Of a stretch of DNA of 64,000 nucleotides, positions 8,987-20,276 are shown piece after piece. The notes under the pieces were generated by a model. The model did not search any database and had not been told where the DNA came from. It saw nothing but the letters and a program-made list of their open reading frames with translations. The translations under genes and the position numbers were made by a program. The DNA is from Hyphomicrobiales bacterium (GTDB lineage Bacteria; Pseudomonadota; Alphaproteobacteria; Rhizobiales; Aestuariivirgaceae): contig JANOUE010000023.1 in the NCBI GenBank assembly GCA_031416755.1, forward strand, positions 34,972 to 98,971, written 5' to 3'. Within the stretch, counting starts at the first letter, position 1. Each line of letters starts with the position of its first letter.

Positions 8987-10789
8987 ATGATAGACACATC
9001 CCAAATCCGCAATTTCTCCATAATCGCCCATATTGATCATGGCAAATCTACGCTGGCTGATCGCTTGATCCAGCTGTGTGGTGCCGTTGCTGACCGCGAC
9101 ATGGTAGACCAGATTCTCGATTCAATGGATATTGAGCGCGAGCGTGGCATCACGATTAAAGCCAACACGGTGCGCCTTGACTATAAAGCCAAGGACGGCA
9201 AGGATTATGTGCTCAACTTGATCGACACACCGGGCCATGTGGATTTTGCCTATGAAGTGTCGCGTTCGCTTGCAGCTTGTGAAGGTTCGCTTCTGGTGGT
9301 GGATGCTTCTCAAGGTGTTGAAGCGCAAACTCTGGCCAATGTGTATCAGGCCATCAATAACAATCATGAAATCATTCCCGTGCTCAACAAGGTGGATTTG
9401 CCCGCTGCTGAGCCTGAACGTATTCAACAACAAATAGAAGATGTGATCGGCATTGATGCGTCCGATGCTGTGAAGATTTCTGCTAAAACTGGTTTAGGCG
9501 TGCCAGATGTTTTAGAGGCCATTGTAAACCGCCTGCCAGCCCCAAAGGGCAACCGTGATGCGCCATTGAAAGCGCTGCTGGTTGACAGCTGGTATGATGC
9601 CTATCTCGGCGTGGTCGTGCTCGTTCGAATTATTGATGGTGTGCTGAAAAAAGGTATGCGCGTGCGCATGATGGGTACGGGCGGACTTTATCCAGTTGAA
9701 CGCGTTGGCGTGTCGCGACCTAAAAAAGTTGTCGTCGATGAACTGGGACCAGGCGAAATTGGCTTTTTCACCGGTGCCATTAAGGAAGTGGCTGATACGC
9801 GGGTTGGCGATACAGTCACTGAAGATAAGAACCCAACGGCACAAGCTTTGCCAGACTTCAAAGAAGCGCAATCAGTGGTGTTTGCTGGCTTCTTTCCAGT
9901 TGACGCTTCTGAATTCGAAGATTTGCGCGAGGCTATGGGCAAGCTGCGTTTGAATGACGCGAGCTTCTCTTATGAAATGGAAACCTCAGCTGCTTTAGGC
10001 TTTGGTTTCCGCTGCGGCTTCTTGGGGCTGTTGCATCTTGAAATCGTGCGTGAACGCATTGAACGCGAGTTCAATGTTGAAATCATCACCACTGCCCCCT
10101 CTGTGATTTATAAGATTGCTCTGCGCGATGGCAGCCATGTTGACATGCATAACCCAGCGGACATGCCAGATGTGTCCACCATTGTGGCCATGAATGAGCC
10201 ATGGATTGAAGCCACTATATTAGTGCCCGACGAATATTTAGGCTCAGTGTTGAAGCTGTGCGAAGATCGCCGTGGCCGCCAAAAGCAACTGACCTATGCA
10301 GGCTCTCGCGCCATGGTGGTTTATGAATTGCCACTCAACGAAGTGGTTTTTGATTTTTATGATCGCTTGAAGTCAGTGTCCAAAGGCTATGCCTCATTCG
10401 ATTATAAGATGACGGAGTATATAGCGGCTGATCTCGTCAAGCTTACTATTTTGGTGAATGAAGAACCGGTAGATGCTTTATCGATGGTGGTTCACAGATC
10501 GAGAGCCGAACAACGTGGCCGTGTGATGTGCGAAAAATTGAAAGACTTGATCCCACGTCACATGTTCAAAATTCCAATCCAAGCCTCGATTGGTGGCAAG
10601 GTGGTGGCGCGTGAAACTTTGTCTGCTATGCGCAAAGACGTGACAGCTAAATGCTATGGCGGCGATATTTCTCGTAAACGCAAACTTCTCGACAAGCAGA
10701 AGGAAGGCAAAAAGAAAATGCGCCAATTCGGCAAGGTTGAAATTCCGCAGGAAGCGTTTATTGCGGCGCTGAAGATGGATGAGAATTGA
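8987..10789 (+). CDS. lepA: Translation elongation factor 4
   Basis: [43 protein letters not shown] and [14 protein letters not shown] motifs. Confidence 0.99.
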   Translation: MIDTSQIRNFSIIAHIDHGKSTLADRLIQLCGAVADRDMVDQILDSMDIERERGITIKANTVRLDYKAKDGKDYVLNLIDTPGHVDFAYEVSRSLAACEGSLLVVDASQGVEAQTLANVYQAINNNHEIIPVLNKVDLPAAEPERIQQQIEDVIGIDASDAVKISAKTGLGVPDVLEAIVNRLPAPKGNRDAPLKALLVDSWYDAYLGVVVLVRIIDGVLKKGMRVRMMGTGGLYPVERVGVSRPKKVVVDELGPGEIGFFTGAIKEVADTRVGDTVTEDKNPTAQALPDFKEAQSVVFAGFFPVDASEFEDLREAMGKLRLNDASFSYEMETSAALGFGFRCGFLGLLHLEIVRERIEREFNVEIITTAPSVIYKIALRDGSHVDMHNPADMPDVSTIVAMNEPWIEATILVPDEYLGSVLKLCEDRRGRQKQLTYAGSRAMVVYELPLNEVVFDFYDRLKSVSKGYASFDYKMTEYIAADLVKLTILVNEEPVDALSMVVHRSRAEQRGRVMCEKLKDLIPRHMFKIPIQASIGGKVVARETLSAMRKDVTAKCYGGDISRKRKLLDKQKEGKKKMRQFGKVEIPQEAFIAALKMDEN

Positions 10790-10805
10790 GTAGGGCTTTG
10801 GCCCC

Positions 10806-11684
10806 ATGATCTTGCTCGCCATTGATACAGCGCTGGCCAGTTGTTCGGCCTGTGTCTACGATTCTGATAAACACCAAATCCTCGCTGAAGAACGTGATCT
10901 CATGGAACGCGGCCATGCCGAGGCCTTGCCGCCGATGGTGGCACGGGTGATGGCTGCTTCTGAACTTCAATATAGCGATTTGAAGCGCATTGCCGTCACC
11001 ACTGGGCCCGGCACTTTTACCGGAATTCGCATTGGGTTGAGTTTTGCCCGCGCCTTGGGGTTAAGCCTTAATATCAAAGTGGTGGGGATTGATACACCCA
11101 CTGCCTTACGCTTTGCCAATGTGCAGGATGGTTTGCCATCGGCAGCGGGCTTTGCCGAATACTCTGCAGGCTTGCCTGATCCTGAAGTCATGCCAAGCCC
11201 AAATTATTTGCGCGACGTTGATGCAAAGCCGCAATCTTCACGCTTACGCGGCCTGCCAGATTTGCAGATTATGGTGGTGGATCAATCTGCGATTTCGACT
11301 TTGGCTGAACTTCATGCCACATGTTTTGTTGAGGCTTGGGACGAAAGTGCCCTGAGCAGTTTAATGGCGAGCCCCGGCGTTGGCGCTTTGCTGGCAAAAT
11401 CTGCCGAAGGGCCTGTGGGGATGCTGCTTTACCGAGTGGTGGTGGGCGAAGCAGAAATTCTCACTCTAGCTGTGGACCCAAATTTACGCAGACGAGGTGC
11501 TGGCAGGGCTTTGCTTCAAGCCTTGCTCAATTTAAAAATTCCGCAGATATGTCTTGAAGTGGCCAGCAGCAATGAAGACGCAATCAAACTTTATGCCTCA
11601 GCAGGTTTCAAACAGGTTGGCTTACGCAAAGCCTATTATGCGGCAACCGGCGATGACGCGTTGATTTTGCGATGGGTCGTATAA
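10806..11684 (+). CDS. tsaB-rimI: Fusion of an internally shortened TsaB (t6A synthesis) with a RimI-type N-acetyltransferase
   Basis: aa 1-143: LAIDT, GHAE.L.PM, IAVTTGPG.FTG.RIG and P.YLR..DAKPQ. aa ~154-292: LH..CF...W, EAEILTLAV.P..RRRG.G..LL, LEVA..N..A..LY...GF..VG.RK.YY. There is no stop between the two parts. Confidence 0.85.
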   Translation: MILLAIDTALASCSACVYDSDKHQILAEERDLMERGHAEALPPMVARVMAASELQYSDLKRIAVTTGPGTFTGIRIGLSFARALGLSLNIKVVGIDTPTALRFANVQDGLPSAAGFAEYSAGLPDPEVMPSPNYLRDVDAKPQSSRLRGLPDLQIMVVDQSAISTLAELHATCFVEAWDESALSSLMASPGVGALLAKSAEGPVGMLLYRVVVGEAEILTLAVDPNLRRRGAGRALLQALLNLKIPQICLEVASSNEDAIKLYASAGFKQVGLRKAYYAATGDDALILRWVV

Positions 11685-12370
11685 GAGCAATTTTCATTCT
11701 GCTGGGGTTTCTGGCACTCACCCTGCCACTGATGCCAGTGCAATTGGTGCTCGGCTCAAAACGCTTGCCTTGGATTTACCACCGCCTGCTGTGCAAACTG
11801 CTAGGAGTTAGACTTGCCCTTGAAGGGGCGCCGCCAGCAGGCGCCGCTTTGCTGGTGGCCAATCATAGCTCATGGCTTGATATTCCCGTGCTCAGTGCTG
11901 TTGCCCCGGTGTCATTCATAGCAAAACGCGAAGTTGGCACTTGGCCACTTTTTGGCGCACTGGCGAAATTGCAAAGCACGGTTTTTGTGAACCGTGACAG
12001 CAGGCACTCCACCGGAAGCGAGCGCAAAGAAATTGCAACACGCTTGAAACAAGGAGATTGCCTGGTTTTGTTCCCTGAAGGCACGTCCAGCGATGGCACA
12101 GATGTTTTGCCGTTTAAATCATCTTACTTTGGAGCTGTGGAAGGTTTGGATGTTTCAGTTATTCCAGTCACCATCTCATATCTGGGCGAGCCAAAATTTT
12201 ACGCTTGGTTTGGCGAGATGGATTTGCTGCCGCATCTTTGGCAGGTGATCAAATCTGGGCCCCTTAAAGTGCGAGTGACATTCCACCCCGCTCTCACAAA
12301 GGCTGACCGCAAAACCATGGCAGCCCGAGCTTTCACCACTATTGCCCGCACCCTTGGAGAAAGCCGATAA
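11672..12370 (+). CDS. Lysophospholipid acyltransferase (PlsC family, OlsA-like by position upstream of miaB)
   Basis: NH.SWLD (HX4D), FIAKREV and LFPEGTS motifs. Confidence 0.85.
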   Translation: MGRIRAIFILLGFLALTLPLMPVQLVLGSKRLPWIYHRLLCKLLGVRLALEGAPPAGAALLVANHSSWLDIPVLSAVAPVSFIAKREVGTWPLFGALAKLQSTVFVNRDSRHSTGSERKEIATRLKQGDCLVLFPEGTSSDGTDVLPFKSSYFGAVEGLDVSVIPVTISYLGEPKFYAWFGEMDLLPHLWQVIKSGPLKVRVTFHPALTKADRKTMAARAFTTIARTLGESR

Positions 12371-12389
12371 ATCCGCTAGGGGAGCGCTC

Positions 12390-13739
12390 ATGAGCAAATC
12401 TGTTTTCGTTAAAACTTATGGCTGCCAGATGAATGTCTATGACAGTAGCCGCATGCAAGATGTGTTGGCACCCTTAGGCTATGGCGTTGTCGATACGCCG
12501 GAAGCTGCTGATTTGGTCATCCTCAACACCTGCCACATCCGCGAAAAGGCTGTTGAGAAAGTGTATTCCGAGCTGGGTCGTTACCGCGATATGAAGCTTG
12601 CACGCGGTGGCAAAATGACAATTGCCGTTGCCGGTTGTGTGGGCCAAGCTGAGGCGCACGAGATTACGCGGCGGATGAAATCAGTTGATCTCGTCTTCGG
12701 GCCACAAACCTATCACCGCCTGCCAGAACTTTTGAAACAGCACGAAACCACAGGCCTTGCGGTGGTCGAGACTGAGTTTGCTGTGACTGATAAATTTAAT
12801 GGCTTGGCCCGCCAACAAGTGCGCCACCCTACATCGCGCAGTGTAACCGCCTTTCTTACCATTCAAGAAGGCTGCGATAAGTTCTGCACCTTCTGTGTGG
12901 TGCCATATACGCGGGGTGCAGAATTCTCGCGCGAGCCATCGCAAATCATTGATGAGGCCAAAAAACTGGCCGACCTTGGGGTGCGTGAACTCACACTGTT
13001 GGGCCAGAATGTGAATGCCTATCACAATGGCAGTGCTAGCCTTGCCAGCTTGATTACTGAACTGTCACATATCACTGGCATTCAACGCATCAGATACATG
13101 ACCAGCCACCCGCGCGATATGACTGATGATTTGATTGAAGCCCATGGGGCAAACCCAAAGCTGATGCCTTATCTGCACCTGCCGATACAATCGGGCTCTG
13201 ACCGCGTGCTGAAATCTATGAACCGCGGACATAGTTCGGCTGCATATCTGAAACTCATCGAGCGCATCAGAGTTGCACAACCCCGCATCGCTATGACCTC
13301 GGATTTCATCGTTGGTTTTCCTGGTGAAACTGATCAAGAGTTTGAAGAAACCTTGCAGCTGGTGCGCGCTGTGAATTATGCGGGCGCTTTCTCATTCAAA
13401 TATTCACCGCGCCCGGGAACTCCTGCCGCAACGCGTGAAGATCAAATTGCTGAAGAGATTAAGAATGAACGGCTGGCACGTTTGCAAAACCTGCTCACCA
13501 GCCAACAAGCAGCTTTTAATCAGTCCTGCGTTGGCCAAACTCTTAACGTGTTGCTTGAAAAACCGGGCCGCCAAGCAGGTCAGCTGATTGGCCGCTCGCC
13601 CTATTTGCAATCAGTGCATCTTGACGCCCCAGAAACCTTGATTGGCTCTTTTGTGGATGCCACAATATTAGCTGTTGGCCCCAACTCACTTTCAGGGCAA
13701 TATGTCGAAACACTGCCAACGGGAGGTCCCCTGATTTGA
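12390..13739 (+). CDS. miaB: tRNA-i6A37 methylthiotransferase
   Basis: [48 protein letters not shown] and a C-terminal TRAM domain. Confidence 0.97.
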   Translation: MSKSVFVKTYGCQMNVYDSSRMQDVLAPLGYGVVDTPEAADLVILNTCHIREKAVEKVYSELGRYRDMKLARGGKMTIAVAGCVGQAEAHEITRRMKSVDLVFGPQTYHRLPELLKQHETTGLAVVETEFAVTDKFNGLARQQVRHPTSRSVTAFLTIQEGCDKFCTFCVVPYTRGAEFSREPSQIIDEAKKLADLGVRELTLLGQNVNAYHNGSASLASLITELSHITGIQRIRYMTSHPRDMTDDLIEAHGANPKLMPYLHLPIQSGSDRVLKSMNRGHSSAAYLKLIERIRVAQPRIAMTSDFIVGFPGETDQEFEETLQLVRAVNYAGAFSFKYSPRPGTPAATREDQIAEEIKNERLARLQNLLTSQQAAFNQSCVGQTLNVLLEKPGRQAGQLIGRSPYLQSVHLDAPETLIGSFVDATILAVGPNSLSGQYVETLPTGGPLI

Positions 13740-14737
13740 GCCCATCTGCCAATGCTTTAAAACCGCAAGACTCTGAAGACGGCGTTCTTGCACTTGCCTT
13801 TGATGATAACCGCGTGCTGGCCCTTTTGATGGGTGAACATGACGCTCATTTGGCGGTAATTGAACAGCGCTTGGGCGTGGCGATTACGCCGCGCGGAAAC
13901 CGTCTTTCCATTCGCGGTGATCGCACAACATCCGAATTGGCGCGCTCGGTTCTCCTCCATCTCTATACCAAAGCCGCACGTGGCGAAGAGATTAACCGTG
14001 GCGAAATTGATGGCGCAATTCGTATGGTGAAAGTGGCCGAAGAAAAAGAAGTGGCATCCGGTGGTGTTCGCACCAGACGCAAAACCGTTTCTGCTCGCAC
14101 CGCCAACCAACAAGCTTACATTGAACAAATTCGCAAAAACGAGTTGTGTTTTGGAGTTGGCCCAGCAGGCACCGGTAAAACTTATCTCGCAGTTGCTTGC
14201 GCTGCCGAAGCTTTAATGAACGGGGAAGTGGACCGCATTATTCTCTCGCGCCCCGCAGTTGAAGCTGGCGAACGTTTAGGGTTCTTACCGGGCGATATGA
14301 AAGAAAAAGTCGACCCCTATTTACGCCCGCTTTATGATGCGCTTTATGACATGATGCCGCAAAGCTTGGTAGCCAAAGCCTTAGCAGAAAATCAAATTGA
14401 AATCGCACCCTTGGCTTTCATGCGCGGCCGCACACTGGCTTCGGCTTTTATTATTTTAGATGAAGCGCAGAACACCACGCCCCAGCAAATGAAAATGTTT
14501 TTAACCCGTTTGGGCGAAGGCAGCCGCATGGTGATCACTGGCGATCCCACACAAGTGGATTTGCCTTATGGTGTGGTTTCAGGATTGGATGATGCGCTTT
14601 CAGTTTTGGATGGTGTAAACGGCATTGGCGTTACAGCTTTTCAAACCGCTGACATTGTGCGCCATGCTTTGGTAGGCCGCATTGTTGCAGCTTATGACAA
14701 AAAAGGGGCCGCGAACTCGCGCAAGGTGCGGGGTTAA
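13736..14737 (+). CDS. phoH: PhoH-family ATPase
   Basis: [37 protein letters not shown] and LDEAQNTT motifs. Confidence 0.93.
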   Translation: MSPSANALKPQDSEDGVLALAFDDNRVLALLMGEHDAHLAVIEQRLGVAITPRGNRLSIRGDRTTSELARSVLLHLYTKAARGEEINRGEIDGAIRMVKVAEEKEVASGGVRTRRKTVSARTANQQAYIEQIRKNELCFGVGPAGTGKTYLAVACAAEALMNGEVDRIILSRPAVEAGERLGFLPGDMKEKVDPYLRPLYDALYDMMPQSLVAKALAENQIEIAPLAFMRGRTLASAFIILDEAQNTTPQQMKMFLTRLGEGSRMVITGDPTQVDLPYGVVSGLDDALSVLDGVNGIGVTAFQTADIVRHALVGRIVAAYDKKGAANSRKVRG

Positions 14738-15196
14738 ATGCTCAACTTACAAATCGAGCATGCGGAGTGGAAATCCATTCGGGGGCTTAAGTCGCTTGCA
14801 GAAAAGGCTTTCGAGGCATCCACACTTTCAACGCAGCGCAAAAAGGAAATCACAATTCTCTTTGCTGACGATGCAACTTTGAAAACTCTGAATCATGATT
14901 GGCGTGGACTGAACCAGCCAACCAATGTGCTTTCATTTCCAGCGCCAAGCGGTGTGAAAGCGCCTCGCGGAGAGATTAAACCCTTGGGCGATATTGCATT
15001 GGCTTATGAGACGGTTGTTCGCGAAGCTCAAGCTGGAAAAATTTCATTGAAGGCTCACACGGCGCATCTGATTGTGCATGGTATTTTGCATCTTTTGGGC
15101 TATGATCACATCGACGAAACGGATGCCGCTAAAATGGAAGCAAAAGAAATTCGCATCTTGAAAAAACTTGGGCTTGCCGACCCGTATCAGAATTGA
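14738..15196 (+). CDS. ybeY: rRNA maturation endoribonuclease YbeY
   Basis: PTNVLSFP, LGDI and HGILHLLGYDH (H3xH5xH) motifs. Confidence 0.95.
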   Translation: MLNLQIEHAEWKSIRGLKSLAEKAFEASTLSTQRKKEITILFADDATLKTLNHDWRGLNQPTNVLSFPAPSGVKAPRGEIKPLGDIALAYETVVREAQAGKISLKAHTAHLIVHGILHLLGYDHIDETDAAKMEAKEIRILKKLGLADPYQN

Positions 15197-15204
15197 GTTT
15201 ATAA

Positions 15205-16152
15205 ATGTCTGCGCCGAAACAAACCATTATTTCAAAAATCCGCCGTAAACTTGGCCGCAGCAAAATTGACTTGCGAGAAAGCTTGGAAGGCGTGATTGCC
15301 AGCCATGTGGAAGAAACTGGTCCTTCCACTCTGCCTGACGATGCGCGCTCGATGATGCAAAATCTTTTGGGTTTTGCAGATTTGCGCGTTGACGACGTGA
15401 TGGTGCCGCGCGCCAGCATTGTGGCTGCTGAAGAAACATCTTCGATGCGCGATCTGCTCTCGCAATTTATTGAGGCTAATCATTCGCGCATGCCAATTTA
15501 CCGCGAGTCACTCGATGATATTGCAGGCATGATTCATGTGAAAGACTATTTGCGCTGGATGGCCACCAAAGGCACCAAGAAGAAAACCAAGGGAGGTGCT
15601 GAAACTGGCATCGCACTGGCCAGCGGTGAACTTTCTTCCAGCATTAAACAACACCCAAGCGTGATCCGTGAGGTGCTGTTTGTGCCGCCTTCAATGCCAG
15701 CTCCTGACCTGCTGATTAAAATGAAAGCTTCTCATATTCATTTGGCTGTCGTTGTCGACGAATATGGTGGCACTGATGGCCTGGTTTCGCTGGAAGATCT
15801 GGTTGAGGAAATTATCGGCGATATTGCTGATGAGCATGATACAGATGCAGAAGAAGGCATGATCCGCAAGCAGAGCGATACAGTTTATGTGGCCAGCGCC
15901 TTGATTAGCATTGCTACGCTGGACGAGATGTTCAAGGTTGATTTACTTCCTGACGATCAGGAAGATGAGGCTGATACGTTGGGTGGGCTGGTGTTTGAAA
16001 TGGCAGGCCGGGTTCCGGCGCGTGGCGAAATAATTCGGCATAGTTGTGGTCTCGAATTTGAAATTTTAGAAACTGACCCTCGCCGCGTTAAACGCGTTCG
16101 TATTCATCTGAAAAAGCCAGAAACTGATGCAGAAGTTGCAAACGCAGCCTAG
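15205..16152 (+). CDS. corC: CBS-domain HlyC/CorC family transporter-associated protein
   Basis: DVMVPR, HSRMPIY, VVDEYGGTDGLV..ED.VEEI.G.I.DEHD and DTLGGL motifs; follows ybeY. Confidence 0.88.
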   Translation: MSAPKQTIISKIRRKLGRSKIDLRESLEGVIASHVEETGPSTLPDDARSMMQNLLGFADLRVDDVMVPRASIVAAEETSSMRDLLSQFIEANHSRMPIYRESLDDIAGMIHVKDYLRWMATKGTKKKTKGGAETGIALASGELSSSIKQHPSVIREVLFVPPSMPAPDLLIKMKASHIHLAVVVDEYGGTDGLVSLEDLVEEIIGDIADEHDTDAEEGMIRKQSDTVYVASALISIATLDEMFKVDLLPDDQEDEADTLGGLVFEMAGRVPARGEIIRHSCGLEFEILETDPRRVKRVRIHLKKPETDAEVANAA

Positions 16153-17144
16153 ATTAATCCAGCACTGATTGCATGGTGTTTTAGGTTCACAATTGGCCTT
16201 GCACCGGTGTGCGAAATAATTTCTGCTGCCGCAAGGCTGGCCAGTTCAGCGCAGCGTTGCAATGGTAGTTTACGAGTGTGCCCGAATAAAAATCCTGCTG
16301 CATAAAGATCGCCAGCGCCGGTCACATCCAATACATGACTGACAGGGAGAGCATTCACGGTGACGGTTTCATCCCCCTTCACGATCAGCGAGCCTTTTTC
16401 AGAACGTGTAATTGCAGCCAGAGGACAATCTTTTCTGATAGCCGCAACGGCACCGTCGAAATTTTGGGTTTGGTAAAGCGACTTGATTTCGCTCTCGTTG
16501 GCAAACACAATATCAATACAGCTGCGAATAAGATCTAAAAAACTATCGCGGTGGCGTTCAACGCAAAATGAATCAGACAGTGAAATTGCCGTGAGATTTC
16601 CAGACTCCCGCGCAATCAAGGCGGCCATTCGAAACGCATCCTGAGCTTCAGGCTTGTCCCAGAGATAGCCCTCCATATAGGTGACCGCCGAGGCCTTGAC
16701 GATTTTAGCGTCGACATCAAACTTGGTGAGATTAACACAAGCCCCCAAATAGGTGTTCATGGTGCGCTCAGCATCTGGCGTTACCAAAATGAATGAGCGG
16801 GCCGTGGCCGGTCCAGAGTTTGCTGCCGCGGTGTTAAAATGCACCGATTGATCCAGCATATCATTCCTGAATACGGCACCCAATTTATCGTTTTTTACTT
16901 TGCCGAAATATGCTGCTTTGCCGCCGAATGAGGCGATTCCCGCAGCTGTATTACCAGCCGAACCGCCTGAGACTTCTGTTGCTGGCCCCATCACCGCATA
17001 GAGGTGTTCGGCGCGCTCTTCATCGATCAAATTCATGGAACCTTTGACAAGGTTCTCGCGCAGCACGAAACTATCATCGACCATAGCAATGACATCGACA
17101 ATGGCATTGCCGATGGCGAGTACATCAAATTGCTTTTGCGTCAT
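16149..17144 (-). CDS. PfkB-family carbohydrate kinase (adenosine kinase-like)
   Basis: IGNAIVD, SGGSAGNT, ERTMNTYLGA, FANESE and D.TGAGDL.AAGFL motifs. Confidence 0.88.
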   Translation of the reverse strand: MTQKQFDVLAIGNAIVDVIAMVDDSFVLRENLVKGSMNLIDEERAEHLYAVMGPATEVSGGSAGNTAAGIASFGGKAAYFGKVKNDKLGAVFRNDMLDQSVHFNTAAANSGPATARSFILVTPDAERTMNTYLGACVNLTKFDVDAKIVKASAVTYMEGYLWDKPEAQDAFRMAALIARESGNLTAISLSDSFCVERHRDSFLDLIRSCIDIVFANESEIKSLYQTQNFDGAVAAIRKDCPLAAITRSEKGSLIVKGDETVTVNALPVSHVLDVTGAGDLYAAGFLFGHTRKLPLQRCAELASLAAAEIISHTGARPIVNLKHHAISAGLI

Positions 17145-17219
17145 AAATGGAAGCCCTTTTTCAGATAGACCTAGCGCATGGGTCTTGTAGAAACAAGTTA
17201 AAGCCCTTAATTCAGCGGC

Positions 17220-17885
17220 ATGTTTGCAGCCCTCATCAAAACCCTAAATGACCTTACTTCGCCCGAATTTCGTGGCGTTTTGTTAAAGTCTATCGGGCTT
17301 ACGCTCATATTATTTGTTTGCGTTTTAGTGGGCGTTGAGGTGTTGCTATCATTCCTCACCTTGGTTCCATGGCCGTGGTTGCAAACAATTATCGCACTGG
17401 GCACCGGATTTGGTCTCATTGCAGCTTTTTTCTTTCTAATGGCCCCAGTCACAGCGCTGTTTGCTGGATTATTTTTGGATTGGGTAGCCTCAAAGGTGGA
17501 ACTTCGACATTATCCCCATCACGCTCAGGGCAAAGCACTTTCGACATTCACAGCACTTGCTTTTGGCCTCCAGTTTGCCGCGATCTCACTAGCCGTCAAC
17601 ATTGTAGTCTTGCCCTTGGTGTTTTTTGCCGGATTCGGGATTGCACTCCTTGTGTTTGCCAATGCCTATTTGATCAGCCGTGAATATTTTGAAATGGCCG
17701 CCTCACGGTTCATGTCGCCTCAGGCCGCCAGAGCTCTCCGCAAGAAACATTTCAAGCGGGTTTATTTGGCAGGATTTTTGCCGGCCGCCCTGGCCAGTAT
17801 TCCGATAGTCAATCTGCTCGTTCCTCTATTTGCCACTTCATTTTTCGTTCATATATTTAAATCGGTGCCAAGCTCTTCGGCTTAA
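17220..17885 (+). CDS. EI24/CysZ-like integral membrane protein
   Basis: Several hydrophobic helices; ...GLFLD.VA..VE, GREYF-like SREYFEM, and IP.VNLL.PLF.T motifs. Confidence 0.7.
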   Translation: MFAALIKTLNDLTSPEFRGVLLKSIGLTLILFVCVLVGVEVLLSFLTLVPWPWLQTIIALGTGFGLIAAFFFLMAPVTALFAGLFLDWVASKVELRHYPHHAQGKALSTFTALAFGLQFAAISLAVNIVVLPLVFFAGFGIALLVFANAYLISREYFEMAASRFMSPQAARALRKKHFKRVYLAGFLPAALASIPIVNLLVPLFATSFFVHIFKSVPSSSA

Positions 17886-18510
17886 ACCGGCAAATATCAG
17901 AAATGCGGCAGCGCCAACATTCTGGCCTTCGCGCTTTGCAGATATAACGGCCATGTAAAATCAACCAATGGTGAGCATGGCGCAAATAGGGTTTAGGCAC
18001 AGCTTTGAGAAGCTTGGTTTCAACTTCCATCGGGGTTTTCCCTGGTGCCAGGCCAAGTCTATTCCCGAGGCGAAAAAGATGCGTATCTACAGCGATGGTG
18101 GGTTCACCAAAAATACTATTGAGAACCACATTGGCCGTTTTGCGCCCCACGCCAGGCAGCGCCTCCAAGGCCTCTCGTGAGGAGGGAACTTCACTGCTAT
18201 GCTTGGATACCAGATGTTGCGACAGTGCATAAATGTTTTTAGCTTTGGTGCGGAAGAGGCCGATGGATTTGATTGCATCGCGTAACTTATCTTCGCCCAT
18301 AAGTATGATTTTTTCTGGCGTGTCAGCTTTTGCAAACAGCAGTTTGGTGGCGCGGTTCACGCCTTCATCGGTTGCTTGGGCTGAAAGCACTACGGCCACC
18401 AAAAACGTAAAAGCATTGACCGAATGAAGTTCGCCTTTGGGTTCTGGGTTCTCAGCATGAAAACGCCTGAACATCTCTTCTATCTGGGAAGCTTTAAGGC
18501 GGGCTGGCAT
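17857..18510 (-). CDS. nth: Endonuclease III
   Basis: LLVAVVLSAQATD-like segment, HhH motif LPGVGRKTANVV, VDTH, and the C-terminal Cx6Cx2Cx5C 4Fe-4S motif. Confidence 0.96.
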   Translation of the reverse strand: MPARLKASQIEEMFRRFHAENPEPKGELHSVNAFTFLVAVVLSAQATDEGVNRATKLLFAKADTPEKIILMGEDKLRDAIKSIGLFRTKAKNIYALSQHLVSKHSSEVPSSREALEALPGVGRKTANVVLNSIFGEPTIAVDTHLFRLGNRLGLAPGKTPMEVETKLLKAVPKPYLRHAHHWLILHGRYICKARRPECWRCRISDICRFKPKSLAPI

Positions 18511-18568
18511 AATAGACCTTTCGCAAATCGGGTGGCTTCAGGCTGGCACCTGTTCTAGCTTCACCTAC

Positions 18569-19426
18569 ATGGAACCGGATCACATTTCAAATTTAGACGA
18601 TTACGAGAGGGTGCGCAGTGTGCTTGCAAACCTTACAGAAAATTGGCGCGACCAACCTTCGCTGGAAGATTTGGCCCGACCGCTGGGTTTGGAACCAGAG
18701 CAACTGCAACGCCTGTTCTCACGCTGGGCTGGTCTGACACCGAAAGCGTTTTTACAAGCGCTCACTCTTGATCATGCGCGCGCGATGCTGAAGGATTCGG
18801 CAAGTATCCTAGAAACCTCTCTGGAAGTTGGTCTATCAGGGCCGGCACGGTTGCATGATTTATTTGTAACCCATGAAGGCATGACCCCGGGAGCTTATAA
18901 AACCAAGGGGCTTGGTGTTGTGATTTCATATGGTTTTCACCCTTCGCCTTTCGGCTTGGCTTTGGTGATGGTGACAGCGCAGGGACTTTGTGGTCTTGGA
19001 TTTTCAGATGCCGGTGGCGAGGCAGTTACTTTGAATGACATGCAGCGGCGCTGGCCCAAGGCGATCTATGTTGAGAATCCAACGCAAACAGCACCCTATG
19101 CTGCCCATATTTTTGCGCCCGAAAAATGGTTAGATGGCCAGCCTTTGCGCGTTACATTTATTGGCAGTGATTTTGAAATTCGCGTTTGGGAGAGTCTGCT
19201 TAAGATTCCGATGGGCCGGGCTGTCACCTACAGTGATATTGCAAGTTCGATTGACAAGCCAAAAGCTGCGCGCGCGGTGGGGGCAGCTGTGGGGCGCAAC
19301 CCAATCTCTTTCGTGGTGCCCTGCCACCGGGTGATTGGAAAATCCGCTGCTCTCACAGGCTATCATTGGGGCCTTACGCGCAAACGGGCAATATTGGGCT
19401 GGGAAGCTGGCCAGCTCGCCACTTAA
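18569..19426 (+). CDS. AraC-HTH plus methylated-DNA--protein-cysteine methyltransferase (Ada-like, lacks the N-terminal Zn domain)
   Basis: RLHDLFV, ARAVG.AVG.NP, PCHRV active site and GY.WG..RK motifs. Confidence 0.9.
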   Translation: MEPDHISNLDDYERVRSVLANLTENWRDQPSLEDLARPLGLEPEQLQRLFSRWAGLTPKAFLQALTLDHARAMLKDSASILETSLEVGLSGPARLHDLFVTHEGMTPGAYKTKGLGVVISYGFHPSPFGLALVMVTAQGLCGLGFSDAGGEAVTLNDMQRRWPKAIYVENPTQTAPYAAHIFAPEKWLDGQPLRVTFIGSDFEIRVWESLLKIPMGRAVTYSDIASSIDKPKAARAVGAAVGRNPISFVVPCHRVIGKSAALTGYHWGLTRKRAILGWEAGQLAT

Positions 19427-19468
19427 GATTTGCTTTGCAATCGTGTGAGCCATTGCTAAACGCAATTT

Positions 19469-20275
19469 ATGACTTTGAAACTTGCCATAGCCGGTGCCGG
19501 CGGCCGCATGGGCCGGGTGCTCGCCCGCGTTATTCATGAAACTGAGGGCTGCGTGGTTGCGGGCGGACTTGAAGCTAAGGGCTCGGCATTGCTAGGCACC
19601 GACATGGGTGTTCTTGCAGGTATTGGCGCATTGAATATTTTGATCAGCGACGATGTGGAATCGGTGCTTTCGCAAGCTGACGGAATTATTGATTTCACCG
19701 TTCCGGTTGCATCGCTTGCATTGGTTCACCACACTGCTGCCCTCAAAAAAATCCATGTGATTGGCACCACGGGCATTAATGCCGCAGGCGACGCACAAAT
19801 TCTTGCTGCTTCCAAATCCACCACCATTGTGAAAACCGGCAATTATTCGCTCGGTGTCACTATTCTGGCAAATGTTGTGAAAAAAGTGGCGGCCGCTTTG
19901 GGCGAGGATTTTGATATTGAAGTTTTGGAAATGCATCACCGTCATAAAATTGATGCGCCTTCAGGCACGGCCCTTTTGCTGGGTCAAGCCGCAGCAGATG
20001 GCCGCCAGATAGATTTGAAACAGCATTCCGTGCGCAGCCGCGATGGCCACACAGGTGCCAGGCAATCTGGCGATATCGGCTTTGCAACTTTGCGTGGTGG
20101 CTCAGTGGTGGGCGATCACACAGTTATGTTTGCCGGCGCTGCCGAGCGCATTGAACTGAGCCATAAGGCGGAGAGTCGCGATATTTTTGCTTATGGCGCG
20201 GTTAAGGCTGCGCTCTGGTGCAAGGATCAAAAGCCTGGCCTTTATAATATGAATGATGTTTTGGGATTGAATTGA
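19469..20275 (+). CDS. dapB: 4-hydroxy-tetrahydrodipicolinate reductase
   Basis: GAGGRMG, IDFT, VIGTTG and [16 protein letters not shown] motifs. Confidence 0.97.
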   Translation: MTLKLAIAGAGGRMGRVLARVIHETEGCVVAGGLEAKGSALLGTDMGVLAGIGALNILISDDVESVLSQADGIIDFTVPVASLALVHHTAALKKIHVIGTTGINAAGDAQILAASKSTTIVKTGNYSLGVTILANVVKKVAAALGEDFDIEVLEMHHRHKIDAPSGTALLLGQAAADGRQIDLKQHSVRSRDGHTGARQSGDIGFATLRGGSVVGDHTVMFAGAAERIELSHKAESRDIFAYGAVKAALWCKDQKPGLYNMNDVLGLN

Positions 20276-20276
20276 A

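Noticed and set aside
18569-19426. Ada-like protein without the N-terminal Zn-binding domain
   Set aside because: This AraC-HTH plus methyltransferase form is widespread in Alphaproteobacteria.
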